Shown here: piece after piece, positions 28,273-37,432 of the stretch
Layout of the letters: the number at the start of each line of letters is the position of its first letter
Position numbering within the stretch: position 1 is the stretch's first letter
Notes under the pieces: generated by a model
The model's database searches: none
Seen by the model: only the letters and a program-made list of their open reading frames with translations
Told to the model about the DNA's origin: nothing
DNA from: Candidatus Magasanikiibacteriota bacterium
GTDB lineage: Bacteria; Patescibacteriota; Patescibacteriia; Magasanikbacterales; UBA922
Reading direction: 5' to 3'
NCBI GenBank assembly: GCA_016193335.1
Contig: JACPSK010000001.1
Coordinates: 279,424-343,423, forward strand
Length of the DNA: 64,000 nt
Program-made: the position numbers and the translations under genes

Positions 28273-30433
28273 CTGAAACAGGGCTTACTTCTTCTGAAGA
28301 CAAAAGGTCCAGACAAACAGGGGTACTCGGCTGAGCCGTAACCGAATCATCCGTGGTAACGCAAGCAGTGTCAACCGTTCCGGTCTCAAGCACTTCGTCT
28401 TCATTTAATTGTTGAAGCTTTACATCAAAACAATCGGCCCCGGTTCCAGTGATCGGGTTCCCTTCCGTGTCTTCTTTATATGCGCATACTATGGATTCTC
28501 CTTTGGCGCCAGACTTGGGCCCCCTGCCCGGATACAAACAATTTCCATTTGAAGAAAGCACGTTTGAATCCGCATAAGGAAAATAATAAAAATCCTGATC
28601 ATTGGGACCAAAAACCCTGTGCAAAAGACTGGCTACGGTAGAGTTCGGATAATCAGGCACCGCAAGTTTCAAAGGATTATCCAGATCTTCAGATTCAGGT
28701 TTTGACCAAAATTCGAGAACTGTTCCCGGAATAGGGGTTACATTATCAGGAAACTCGCGCATTCTAATATTGTAAAGAGTTCCGAAAAGCATTCTTCTAT
28801 TGAAATACAAAGTAACCGGTTCGTCTTTGACCACGTTTTCTTTGTCAACCCCGGGAAAAACACGTTGGAGGTAGGGCGAACTCCGGTCTATTTTATTGAG
28901 GACGACAAAAGACCACCAATAGTTGTCTTCTTGAGCTCCTTCAGCCCGTCCTTTTGCCACTGCGTTTGGGGTTGGCCCGTCCAAAGCATTGCCAGACATA
29001 TCCATGACGCCGCTGAATGGTTTGCTTTCAAATGATTTGTTGTTTGTCGGATTAATTAATTCAGCCGAATGAACCACAATGCTATATTGATTTTTCGAGG
29101 TATCAGTACAAGCAGTTTCTCCGCAATCAAGGGGCAAACAATACAGCGGATTGCCGCAACTGTTTTGTCCGCAGACTTCGTCAGAATAAAATTCCACTGT
29201 TTTGTATCCATTGCTTATCTTCCATTCACCGGTTGGTACAGCCTCGCCCGCTCCATCCAATGTATTGAAAACCAAATTGTTGTGTGGGACCGCGGCTGTT
29301 GTCAAACCCTGTACCATAGTGGGATCCACGGCTTCATTGAAATGAATTTGGACATACTCATTTCGAGCCGTTTCAGTATTGGGATCTGGATTCACGGATA
29401 CCACAAAAGGAGGAGATTGGTCCAAAGTGCCGTCAGTTTGAAAATCCCACGTATAGTATTCGGCGCCAAGAAGGTCGCCGAATACCCCAATTTGTTTGCC
29501 GTTAACCGGTGTTTTTTTGAGAATACTGTTGTTCAATTTCACCGTATGCCATACTTCTTCGGCTTCTTTGCCCAGATGATCAAAGGGCTTTATAACTAAA
29601 GTATATACATTTCGAGCGTCAGCGTCCTCGTACAAAGCTTGGGCTGAGGCGTTTTTGAGCTGTTTGATTTCGGCCTGGGTATCGAAAATTCCCACGGCTT
29701 CTGTTTTGAGATGATCACAATCTTTCTCATAACTGAAATTGGGACTTTCTGTAAGGCAATCTCCATAATACGGCTCAGAAAAAACGTCATCACAAAGAAC
29801 CGGAACAGCTTCAGATCCCCAGCAGGTTTTATTAAAATTGTCCATCACTGACGCAGGGTCAATGGGTTCAAAAAAAGTAATCGCTATCTTTGTATTCCGC
29901 TTTACTCCTGTTTGGTCCCTAAACGGATAATGATCTTTCACCACCTTGCCCAAAGCCCCGCTTCCGGTGAAAGTATCAAATACCGGAGCTCCTTCGCTCT
30001 GTTTCGCGGAAGGATTTATGGCTTCGGTAAGCGCGTTGATGACCCATTGCGCTATAGCAAGAGAAGACAAAATAATGGCAAGCCCGATAACCGCGTTCCT
30101 TAAAATGGTTTTGCCGGCCGTGACTTTTTCTTCATTTCCCGCCGCGGTCATAATAGTATAACCGGCGTAGATGATAAGAATCACGGCAATAAGGCCAAGT
30201 AAACCGAGAACCGCCCGTATAATGCGCGCGGCTATCACTCGTATGTCAGCATTCGCCAATTGCACTTCTTGGCCAAATTGGCCAAGACCAAAGGTGTCTG
30301 ATTGGGCGGACACAGTGCCTCCTCCATACGCCAAACTCAGGCCCAAAAAAAGAAAAACCGCGACTCCAACTATAACGGCATGGAGCGCAGTTTTGTTACT
30401 GTACTTTCTGAATGTGAATATCCTTGGCAGCAT
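28265..30433 (-). CDS. Pilin-domain protein with SbsA/Big_5-like Ig domains
   Basis: Signal peptide, pilin motif IIRAVLGLLGLIAVILIIYAGYTIMTAAGNEEKV..ILRNAVIGLAIILSS, repeated P....V.RN..I.I.F Ig-like modules. Its stop overlaps the giant gene's start. Confidence 0.8.
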   Translation of the reverse strand: MLPRIFTFRKYSNKTALHAVIVGVAVFLFLGLSLAYGGGTVSAQSDTFGLGQFGQEVQLANADIRVIAARIIRAVLGLLGLIAVILIIYAGYTIMTAAGNEEKVTAGKTILRNAVIGLAIILSSLAIAQWVINALTEAINPSAKQSEGAPVFDTFTGSGALGKVVKDHYPFRDQTGVKRNTKIAITFFEPIDPASVMDNFNKTCWGSEAVPVLCDDVFSEPYYGDCLTESPNFSYEKDCDHLKTEAVGIFDTQAEIKQLKNASAQALYEDADARNVYTLVIKPFDHLGKEAEEVWHTVKLNNSILKKTPVNGKQIGVFGDLLGAEYYTWDFQTDGTLDQSPPFVVSVNPDPNTETARNEYVQIHFNEAVDPTMVQGLTTAAVPHNNLVFNTLDGAGEAVPTGEWKISNGYKTVEFYSDEVCGQNSCGNPLYCLPLDCGETACTDTSKNQYSIVVHSAELINPTNNKSFESKPFSGVMDMSGNALDGPTPNAVAKGRAEGAQEDNYWWSFVVLNKIDRSSPYLQRVFPGVDKENVVKDEPVTLYFNRRMLFGTLYNIRMREFPDNVTPIPGTVLEFWSKPESEDLDNPLKLAVPDYPNSTVASLLHRVFGPNDQDFYYFPYADSNVLSSNGNCLYPGRGPKSGAKGESIVCAYKEDTEGNPITGTGADCFDVKLQQLNEDEVLETGTVDTACVTTDDSVTAQPSTPVCLDLLSSEEVSPVSGE

Positions 30434-30484
30434 GGAAACCAGGGATAATGGTAATGATTATCTGATTCTCTTGTTTTTACCAAT

Positions 30485-30934
30485 CTATGTTTGGGCCAAT
30501 AATTCGGACAGCATTTTTTTTACGCGAACTCCGTCAGAACGCCCCTTTACTTCTAACATCACAGCCCCCATCGCCTTTCCCAGATCTCCAGAGCCTTTGA
30601 AAGATCCTCTATCAAGGACCGAACAAGCAATCTCTCTCAAAGCCTCATCTGAAAGTTGTTCAGGCAGATAAGCTTTCAAAATCGAAATTTCTTTTTCTGC
30701 CTTTCCACTGAGATCCGCGCGTCCCGCTTTCTCAAAATCTTGCAAGGCGTCTTGCAACTGTTTAACGAGACGAGCGAGCACCGCCTCGGTTTCCGAGTCT
30801 TCCAAAGCTCCGCCTTTTCTTATTTTTTCGTTCTTAAGAGCGGCCAAAGCCACTTGCAAAATGGACAAAGTATCCGCGTCTTGCGATTTTCTCGCCGCCA
30901 TTTGATCCTGAGAAAGCCGATCGTATAAAAACAT
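30485..30934 (-). CDS. yqeY: GatB/YqeY domain protein
   Basis: AALKNEKI, FEKAGRADL..E..IL..YLPEQLS, GKAMGAVM..VKGRSDG. Directly downstream of rpsU. Confidence 0.9.
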   Translation of the reverse strand: MFLYDRLSQDQMAARKSQDADTLSILQVALAALKNEKIRKGGALEDSETEAVLARLVKQLQDALQDFEKAGRADLSGKAEKEISILKAYLPEQLSDEALREIACSVLDRGSFKGSGDLGKAMGAVMLEVKGRSDGVRVKKMLSELLAQT

Positions 30935-30938
30935 ATTC

Positions 30939-31190
30939 TTACTTTCTTCCGTAAGGCTCCTCTTTCTGAGGCAATTTCCCTATTTTCTTCAAGTAATTTA
31001 TCTTCGAAACCTTCTTGGATTTTGCCACGGCTTGGCCGCGACGCATATTTCTGCTTGGCTGACTCTGAAAAAATTGTATTTTCCTGGCCTGCAGTAATTT
31101 TCCAGAACGTTTCCACTGGTCTTTAACTCTGCGCATGAAGCCCTCAAAAGACTCACCTTTTTTTCTTTTGATTTCTGACACAATACTCAC
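30939..31190 (-). CDS. rpsU: 30S ribosomal protein bS21
   Basis: EIKRKKGESFEGFMRR, basic small protein, conserved rpsU-yqeY order. Confidence 0.8.
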   Translation of the reverse strand: MSIVSEIKRKKGESFEGFMRRVKDQWKRSGKLLQARKIQFFQSQPSRNMRRGQAVAKSKKVSKINYLKKIGKLPQKEEPYGRK

Positions 31191-31254
31191 CTCCCGGTGA
31201 AATTAATGAATAATTATCATGTATAATGTAACTGAAACAACGCAAAAAGTCAAA

Positions 31255-32730
31255 TCAAAGCTGTAATAACTTTCGCAAACTGTTTTTCAGTTTTCCTTGG
31301 TCGACCACTTCTTGGATCCCTGACTCCATATCACGAATAAGAATGGTACTGTCTTGAACTTCTTTCTGGCCCAAAATCAAAGCGTGAGTAACCCCGCGTT
31401 TATTGGCACTCTCGAGCTGAGCTTTGAGAGATGATTTCGCCAAATTGTGATATACCAAGATGCCATCTCTTCTAAGCTGTTCGAGCAAATACAAAGCTCG
31501 TTTTCTCCCCTGCTCGCCCAATTGGGCAAAGAAAACAACGGGTGTGGAAGATTTTTTGGGAACCCCGGGTTGCGGTTCTTCTTGTTTTGACTTTTTTTGC
31601 AGAGCCGCGTATACCCGTTCAATTCCCATCGCGAAACCGGCGGCAGGCGTGGGAGCGCCTCCCAGCAATTCAATGAGGCCGTTGTATCTTCCACCTCCGG
31701 CCAAACTGCTCTGCGCGCTCTTTTCTACATTGTCTTCCACGATCTCGAACACGGTATCTGTATAATAATCCAAACCTCGCACCAAGCTTGGTGTCAGAAC
31801 ATAGGGTATTTCCGCGGCGTCGAGATATTCCAAAACAGACGTGAAATAACTTTTTGATTCTTCAGAAAGCCAATCCAGGATTTCGGGAGCTTCTTCAATG
31901 ATGGGCAGATCTTCTTCCTCATTTGAATCAAGAACGCGCAAAGGATTTTTGTGCATCCTCTTTTTGGATTGTTCTGACAGATAACTCCGCTTGCTCTTGA
32001 GATACCCCAACAATTCCACCACATACTGTTCTCTATCCGCGAGAGTGCCGATACTGTTGACTCTAACCGTGCTTTCAATACCCAGATCTCTGAGAGTATT
32101 GTAGGCCACGCTAATAAGTTCGGCGTCTACTACAGGGCTGTGTTCTCCTATGTGTTCACAATCAAACTGATGAAATTCGCGATAACGTCCGGCCTGGGGA
32201 CGGTTGTGGCGAAACATGGGACCCCAATTCCAGATCTTTACCGGTTGCGGCAGCGTTTGCATGCCATGCATGATGTAGGCGCGGGCAACGGCGGCTGTAA
32301 GCTCGGGACGCAAACATACTTTAGTGCCGTCAGCATCTTCAAAAATGTACATTTCTTTTTCCACCACGTCCGTTCCTTTCCCCAAAGAACGCACAAATAG
32401 TGAAGCCTGCTCCACTATGGGAGTTTCTATATATGTGTATTCATAAGCTTTGGCCACAGCCTCGGCCGTATGATATATGCGTGTCCAGAGCTCACTCTGT
32501 TGGGGCAAGAGATCTTTCATGCCGCGAATCAAGGCGAGAGAAGATGATTTCGTCGCGGCCTTTTTTTCTTTTTTATCATCTGAAGAAGACTTACCCGGAC
32601 CCTGTATGGTGGTTTTGGCCTTTGGAGCTCTAAGAGCTCCTTTCTTTTTTCTCTCCGCTTTGCCTGAATCCTTTGCCTTTCTTGGCGCAGAAGCTTTCAT
32701 TTTTGAAGATTGTTTCTTTTGGGGAGACAT
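31255..32730 (-). CDS. hisS: Histidine--tRNA ligase
   Basis: RGMKD, KEMY, LRPELTA, FRHNRPQAGRYREFHQ, LVRGLDYYT, GGGRYNGL, GFAMGIER. Lys-rich N-terminal extension. Confidence 0.97.
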   Translation of the reverse strand: MSPQKKQSSKMKASAPRKAKDSGKAERKKKGALRAPKAKTTIQGPGKSSSDDKKEKKAATKSSSLALIRGMKDLLPQQSELWTRIYHTAEAVAKAYEYTYIETPIVEQASLFVRSLGKGTDVVEKEMYIFEDADGTKVCLRPELTAAVARAYIMHGMQTLPQPVKIWNWGPMFRHNRPQAGRYREFHQFDCEHIGEHSPVVDAELISVAYNTLRDLGIESTVRVNSIGTLADREQYVVELLGYLKSKRSYLSEQSKKRMHKNPLRVLDSNEEEDLPIIEEAPEILDWLSEESKSYFTSVLEYLDAAEIPYVLTPSLVRGLDYYTDTVFEIVEDNVEKSAQSSLAGGGRYNGLIELLGGAPTPAAGFAMGIERVYAALQKKSKQEEPQPGVPKKSSTPVVFFAQLGEQGRKRALYLLEQLRRDGILVYHNLAKSSLKAQLESANKRGVTHALILGQKEVQDSTILIRDMESGIQEVVDQGKLKNSLRKLLQL

Positions 32731-32731
32731 A

Positions 32732-32885
32732 ATGAAAATTTTTAATTTATAATTTATAATTTTTAAACAATTTTTATTCTCTTAATTTCTAATGAGTGAG
32801 CCCACACGGTACCTTTCGGACAAGGATATTTTGTGTAGAGGATAAAAATTACATCATTGGAAATTGTTTAAAAATTAAAAATTAC
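32732..32885. repeat. ~150-bp AT-rich MITE-like element (family B), copy 1
   Basis: Terminal inverted repeats TTTTTAAACAATTT..AAATTGTTTAAAAA. Near-identical reverse complement at 37275-37428. Confidence 0.85.
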
Positions 32886-33481
32886 AAATTGTATTCCGGA
32901 AGATTGCCGAATGAAGTGAGACGACTGAATGGCCAGCCTCTGAACACGACTCTCCCAACGATATCATTCACAGAAATAGGGCCGAAACGACGAGAATCAT
33001 AGCTCGCGTCTCTGTTGTCGCCAAGTACAAAGTACTGATCCGGACCCAAGGTAATCGAAACTGAACCGGGGGTTTGTTCTTCGAGATACGATTCTTGGAT
33101 AATAACACCCTGCGGGTATTCATTGTTATAAACCACAACTTTGTTCCCCTCCACTTTTATCCGTTCTCCGGGCAAACCTATGATACGCTTCAGATAATTG
33201 TCCGAAGCCACGGGCGCTCTGAAGACAATGATTTCTCCCCGCTCCGGCGCGCGGAAACGATAGCTGATTTCGTCTATGATCAAATAATCACGTTCATAAA
33301 AAGTGGGTTCCATCGATTGTCCTTTTACATAAAAGGGCTTGAACAAAAAGTAGCGTATAAGAACGATGGTAACGCCGGCGAGCAAAGTTACTTTGATGAG
33401 CTCCAAAAAAAAGAGCCCCAATTTATTCAGAAAACCGCGCTCCGTAATATTCACTTGTTCGCGATCATCTTCTTTTTTCAT
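32882..33481 (-). CDS. lepB: Signal peptidase I
   Basis: TM, then GQSMEPT, YLKRIIGLPGE, YFVLGDNRDASYDSR. Confidence 0.95.
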   Translation of the reverse strand: MKKEDDREQVNITERGFLNKLGLFFLELIKVTLLAGVTIVLIRYFLFKPFYVKGQSMEPTFYERDYLIIDEISYRFRAPERGEIIVFRAPVASDNYLKRIIGLPGERIKVEGNKVVVYNNEYPQGVIIQESYLEEQTPGSVSITLGPDQYFVLGDNRDASYDSRRFGPISVNDIVGRVVFRGWPFSRLTSFGNLPEYNL

Positions 33482-33623
33482 AATAAAATGTATAACACTG
33501 ACCTCACACTATATCGTTTAACCCTAATCCAGTATACAAAAAAAAACTTCTTATTTCAATCCTGGCCAAGTCGAAACAGTAAATCTATACTCCCGCCGTT
33601 TGTTTTAGTAAAATCCTCTGTTG

Positions 33624-33697
33624 TGGGCATGCCTGGAGTCGAACCAGGGACCTCAACATTATCAGTGTTGCGCTCTAACCATCTGAGCTACATGCCC
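33624..33697 (-). tRNA. tRNA-Ile(GAT)
   Basis: Minus strand GGGCATGTAGCTCAGATGGTTAGAGCG-CAACA-CT-GAT-AA-TGTTG..GGTTCGACTCCAGGCATGCCCA. Confidence 0.96.
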
Positions 33698-33868
33698 GTT
33701 TTAACGCTTGGAAATTGATACGTAGAAATCAACCGGTTTATGTCTGACTCAACCGTAAGATATTTATTCTAAAAAAACGAATCACAAGGTTTAAACGTTA
33801 AAAGAGTATACCTATATATAAGTAATTCGTCAACCCTATTTCTTAAACCGCGCTCTTCTACGAGGGGC

Positions 33869-34738
33869 TTATAAAATCACACTGTCTTCATCTTCAGATT
33901 CGATTAGTTCAGGAAGTATATAGGTATCATATCCAAAGCCATCTATCCCTATATATTCGCCTTCTCCTCTTAAAATACGTTCCATGGGAAGGCAAGCGAA
34001 ACATCCATCCTCAGCTTTCGGGCATTTGAAACGCTCCAACTGACGAGCCAATTTTACGTCTCTGGCTATTTTGAGCACCCGCTCGTAAGCCTGATTCAGA
34101 TCGGGGAGTTCTTTTTCAGTCAATTCATCTTGGAATTCGAGATACCAATAACTGGCCTTTTCCACCTTGTGTTTTTGACAACGATCAACCAGCAAATAAT
34201 AGATAGGCAATTGTAAAGAAAACTCTGATTCTTCGGACTTTCCTGTTTTAAAATCAATAATATGCACGCCTTTGGTATCGGGAAGATACTCGAGCCAGTC
34301 CACACGGCCGCATAAAATAATGTTTTCTTCTTCTGAAAGCCAAAAATACGGCAGTTCTTTATTTATTTTTACTGCCAAACGTTTCAGAGGCCCTGGATGA
34401 TGGTAGACTCGCGTCATCATGGTCTGGCCGCGCTTTTTGTACGCGGATTCCTGGTTCTCGTCGGTAAAGCCCCCTTTCTTTCCTGATATATCTTCCCAAA
34501 CTTCATTAAAACGATCCATGAGCGGTTTGTCGAAGCGTTCTTCTTTTTTCAAAACAGACAAAGACTCCAAAGTATCGTGAACAGCCTGGCCCAAAGCAAG
34601 GGCCGGAGACATACGTTTTATCTTGTGGTTTGTTTTGGGATCGCGATACACATTGCGGAGATAATAAGCCCGAGGGCAAGACAAAAAATCGCTGATTGAG
34701 CTGTGCGAAACCCAGGTGGCGGTATATTTGTCGGGCAT
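33869..34738 (-). CDS. PD-(D/E)XK nuclease (AddB/RecB/Cas4-like, putative Fe-S staple)
   Basis: SHSSISDFLSCPRAYY, GQAVHDTLE, GRVD..IIDFKTG, QLPIY, C-terminal C..GCFAC. Confidence 0.85.
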   Translation of the reverse strand: MPDKYTATWVSHSSISDFLSCPRAYYLRNVYRDPKTNHKIKRMSPALALGQAVHDTLESLSVLKKEERFDKPLMDRFNEVWEDISGKKGGFTDENQESAYKKRGQTMMTRVYHHPGPLKRLAVKINKELPYFWLSEEENIILCGRVDWLEYLPDTKGVHIIDFKTGKSEESEFSLQLPIYYLLVDRCQKHKVEKASYWYLEFQDELTEKELPDLNQAYERVLKIARDVKLARQLERFKCPKAEDGCFACLPMERILRGEGEYIGIDGFGYDTYILPELIESEDEDSVIL

Positions 34739-34740
34739 AC

Positions 34741-34902
34741 ATTTTTAAAATTTTTAAACAATTTTAATGCTTAATTTGAAATTAATTTTTGTCAGATTGA
34801 AAATATTCTCCAGTATACTTGAAAGGTTTCAATCTTCTCTGCCTGATTATTATTACATTCCCTCATTAAAAATTGTTTAAAAATTATAAATTGTAATTTT
34901 AA
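34741..34902. repeat. Family B element with the same terminal inverted repeats but a different interior
   Basis: ATTTTTAAACAATTTT..AAAATTGTTTAAAAATTATAAATTGTAA ends match those of 32732 and 37428. Confidence 0.65.
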
Positions 34903-36021
34903 CTACATATAAGACCCCATGCACACATTAAAATTTTTGATTCCTGTATTATGTATCTGTACCATCTCCCTGCTTTCCAAAACGAGAGCATTATACTCAT
35001 TAACCAAAGCATTATATTCATCCACTTTTGCGTTAAAATTTTCCCCCGGATTTGAGCTCTGCGCGTCCAGATATTGTTTGGTCTCTGATAATTTTTGATC
35101 CACTGCGTTTATTTGCGCGTTTTTACTTTGTATGTTTGTTTCAAGCGCAGCATCAGGCTCGGCGCAAAGACTTTTTGGAGCGCCAAATTCTTGCACTGCC
35201 ATCCACACTTCATTACCCTCATAAATTCCCTTTCCCACGGCTACTCCGATCTCTGTAAAACCTGCTTTCAATATGTTGGCCCTATGGCCCGGGCTGTTCA
35301 TCCAGGCGTTCACCAAATCACCGTCATTGGCAAAATCACCAAGAGCCAAATTTTCACCTACCAAAATATAGGTATAACCCGAGGCCTGCGCAAGATCTCC
35401 CGGTCCTTTACCCGAAGGAGACACATGAGCAAAATACTGCAAAGCAAACATATCATTGAGTTTTGATTGCGCGGCTTGCTCCAACTGCTTATTCGATTTT
35501 AAAATCGCCAGTCCAGCCTTAGCGCGTTCCTGATTGCTGATAATGATAACTCCATCCGCGCTTAAAGCGCTGCCGGGAGACGCGCTGGTGTTTGTTTTCA
35601 AAGGGGCGGGAGCGATAATCACCGGCTCCTGTTTTATACTTGGTTCAATCTGGGCTGTGTCTTCCTGCTTTACTGGCTCTAAGTCCTTCGCGGTCTTATT
35701 ATTTTGAATGATCTCCGACTTCTCGCTTGGTTCTTGAGAAGGGACGCGGTCTTTCTGAGGCAAAACTTCTTTTGCCGGAACTCCTTTTACTTCCGTTTTA
35801 TTGGAAGGAAATGCTGTTTCTTTCTCCGCAGGTTTTTGATATAAATCTTGGAAATTCTTAGAAACTGCCGTGCTCGTTTTTCTATCAACAGGCTCCGCAG
35901 TAAGCGATTCGTTATCGTCTGATATTGTTTCATTCTTTTTAGATATATCAAAAAATGCCGTATAGGCCAAAGCCAAAACCAACAAAGCAGAAAAACCGAA
36001 AAACCAGAGTATTTTTTTCAT
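34903..36021 (-). CDS. Secreted CAP/SCP domain protein
   Basis: N-terminal TM/signal, then NQER..L..AAQSK..DM..YFAHVSP, VGENLA, AWMNSPGHRANIL..TEIGVAV..VQEFG, then C-terminal coiled coil. Confidence 0.88.
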   Translation of the reverse strand: MKKILWFFGFSALLVLALAYTAFFDISKKNETISDDNESLTAEPVDRKTSTAVSKNFQDLYQKPAEKETAFPSNKTEVKGVPAKEVLPQKDRVPSQEPSEKSEIIQNNKTAKDLEPVKQEDTAQIEPSIKQEPVIIAPAPLKTNTSASPGSALSADGVIIISNQERAKAGLAILKSNKQLEQAAQSKLNDMFALQYFAHVSPSGKGPGDLAQASGYTYILVGENLALGDFANDGDLVNAWMNSPGHRANILKAGFTEIGVAVGKGIYEGNEVWMAVQEFGAPKSLCAEPDAALETNIQSKNAQINAVDQKLSETKQYLDAQSSNPGENFNAKVDEYNALVNEYNALVLESREMVQIHNTGIKNFNVCMGSYM

Positions 36022-36158
36022 ACAAAATCTTAGGACCGAAAAGACTTGTCTATATTGTAACTCAGATACCTTTATAAAACAAAACGACCCCGCCTCCATC
36101 TATAAACACAATCTTTTGTGAACATAGACAGTGTGGGGTCGTGTGAAACAAAATCTAT

Positions 36159-36584
36159 CTACTCGTAGATAGGCGCGCCGGGCCTCTTCCTCGGGGAAGG
36201 AAGCCTGCCCAAATCAGGGCTCAAGCCGGCTCCTTCAAGGAGCGAGCGAAGCGAGGCAAGCGTGCGGCCCTGCTCAGAGTCGTGCCGGAGAGCCATTGCT
36301 TTGTAGCATGCGGAGACGACTGTGGAATGGTCACGGCCCCCCAGAGTCTTCCCGATCTGGGGGAAAGACATCCGGGTATAAATCCGGAGAAGATACATGC
36401 AAAGATGCCTGGGCAAGGCTATCTGCTTGTACCTTCCTGAGCCTTGGACAGATCCAAAGGCCACATCAAAAAAACCGAGCAACGTGCCAATGACCAAACG
36501 GGCATCCCGGGCGCTGTTCGCCACCCCGACCAAACGCCCGCCATAAACCCGCGCTTGTGGGTCATTTGAAGTCGAAACGGACAT
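36159..36584 (-). CDS. Stand-alone DnaA C-terminal (domain IV) HTH protein
   Basis: R.KQIALPRHLCMYLLR..T.MSFPQIGKTLGGRDHSTVVSAC matches the DnaA domain IV signature. No AAA+ domain. SD GGGAGG precedes the ATG at 36584. Confidence 0.8.
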   Translation of the reverse strand: MSVSTSNDPQARVYGGRLVGVANSARDARLVIGTLLGFFDVAFGSVQGSGRYKQIALPRHLCMYLLRIYTRMSFPQIGKTLGGRDHSTVVSACYKAMALRHDSEQGRTLASLRSLLEGAGLSPDLGRLPSPRKRPGAPIYE

Positions 36585-36608
36585 GATGACCTCCCTTGTT
36601 GTCTGACT

Positions 36609-36637
36609 TATATACACAAAAAAAGAGCTCTTGTCAA
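36609..36637 (-). promoter_or_regulatory. Putative sigma70 promoter of the DnaA-domain-IV gene
   Basis: TTGACA-17 nt-TATATA. Confidence 0.55.
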
Positions 36638-36665
36638 GCTCATGTATTATTCAACTTAATCTAAG

Positions 36666-37109
36666 TTAGCTTGTATTCCGAATATTCAGATATTCCTCTA
36701 CTCCTTTTAGCCAACCGCCCTCAAAATACTTCTCGGGCTGGAAAACTTGCGGGTCAATCCACAACATTTCAGTATGCCTTTCGGAAAGTCGTATAGTTCC
36801 ACTTTGCAAAATGCCTTCATAGCCTATAGCAAATATCCTCACCATAGGGTTGCCGAGGATTCGTTCAATTCTTTCATGCCTCATAAAAAGCAGCGGCCTG
36901 CCAATGCTATATTGAATATCCTCGCCCAATTCCTCGGAGATTTTTCGTTTGATGATCTGATCCAAGGAAACACCAAATTCATCCTTTTGGATTCTGCCGC
37001 CCGGCAAATCCCAATCTCCAAAACGATCTTTCAATATAAGCAAGGCGCCATCTTTTTCCAAAAATACTTTTACAGCCACGAAATAGCTGTCTTTTTGCTC
37101 ATTATTCAT
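36666..37109 (-). CDS. NUDIX hydrolase
   Basis: WDLPGGRI..RKISEELG (variant Nudix box), LSERH..W. Confidence 0.8.
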   Translation of the reverse strand: MNNEQKDSYFVAVKVFLEKDGALLILKDRFGDWDLPGGRIQKDEFGVSLDQIIKRKISEELGEDIQYSIGRPLLFMRHERIERILGNPMVRIFAIGYEGILQSGTIRLSERHTEMLWIDPQVFQPEKYFEGGWLKGVEEYLNIRNTS

Positions 37110-37164
37110 AATCTAACGGCTTCGATTGGCAAATTAATATATCTTGGACAAAATCCCGACACAG

Positions 37165-37238
37165 TGGACCCAAGAGGATTCGAACCTCTGACCTCTACAA
37201 TGTCAATGTAGCGCTCTAACCAACTGAGCTATGAGTCC
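37165..37238 (-). tRNA. tRNA-Val(GAC)
   Basis: Minus strand GGACTCATAGCTCAGTTGGTTAGAGCG-CTACA-TT-GAC-AT-TGTAG..GGTTCGAATCCTCTTGGGTCCA. Confidence 0.96.
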
Positions 37239-37274
37239 ACTCTATGGGGATGAGAAAACACTAATTTCTAATTT

Positions 37275-37428
37275 TAAATTTATGATTTTTAAACAATTTC
37301 CAATGATATAATTTTTATCCTCTACACAAAATACCTTTGCCCGAAAGATACCGTGTGGGCTCATTCATTAGAAATTAAGAGAATAAAAATTGTTTAAAAA
37401 TTATAAATTGTAAATTAAAAATTCTCAT
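37275..37428. repeat. Family B element, copy inverted relative to 32732-32885
   Basis: Reverse complement reads ATGAGAATTTTTAATTTACAATTTATAATTTTTAAACAATTTTTATTCTCTTAATTTCTAATGAATGAGCCCACACGGTATCTTTCGGG.., a few mismatches from copy 1. Confidence 0.85.
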
Positions 37429-37432
37429 CTTC

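Noticed and set aside
32732-34902. CRISPR-Cas locus (Cas4-like gene next to repeats)
   Set aside because: No regularly spaced direct repeats with unique spacers, and no cas1/cas2 or effector genes.
36159-37428. Replication origin near the DnaA-like gene and AT-rich tracts
   Set aside because: No cluster of DnaA boxes, no full dnaA or dnaN, and the AT-rich tracts belong to a dispersed repeat.
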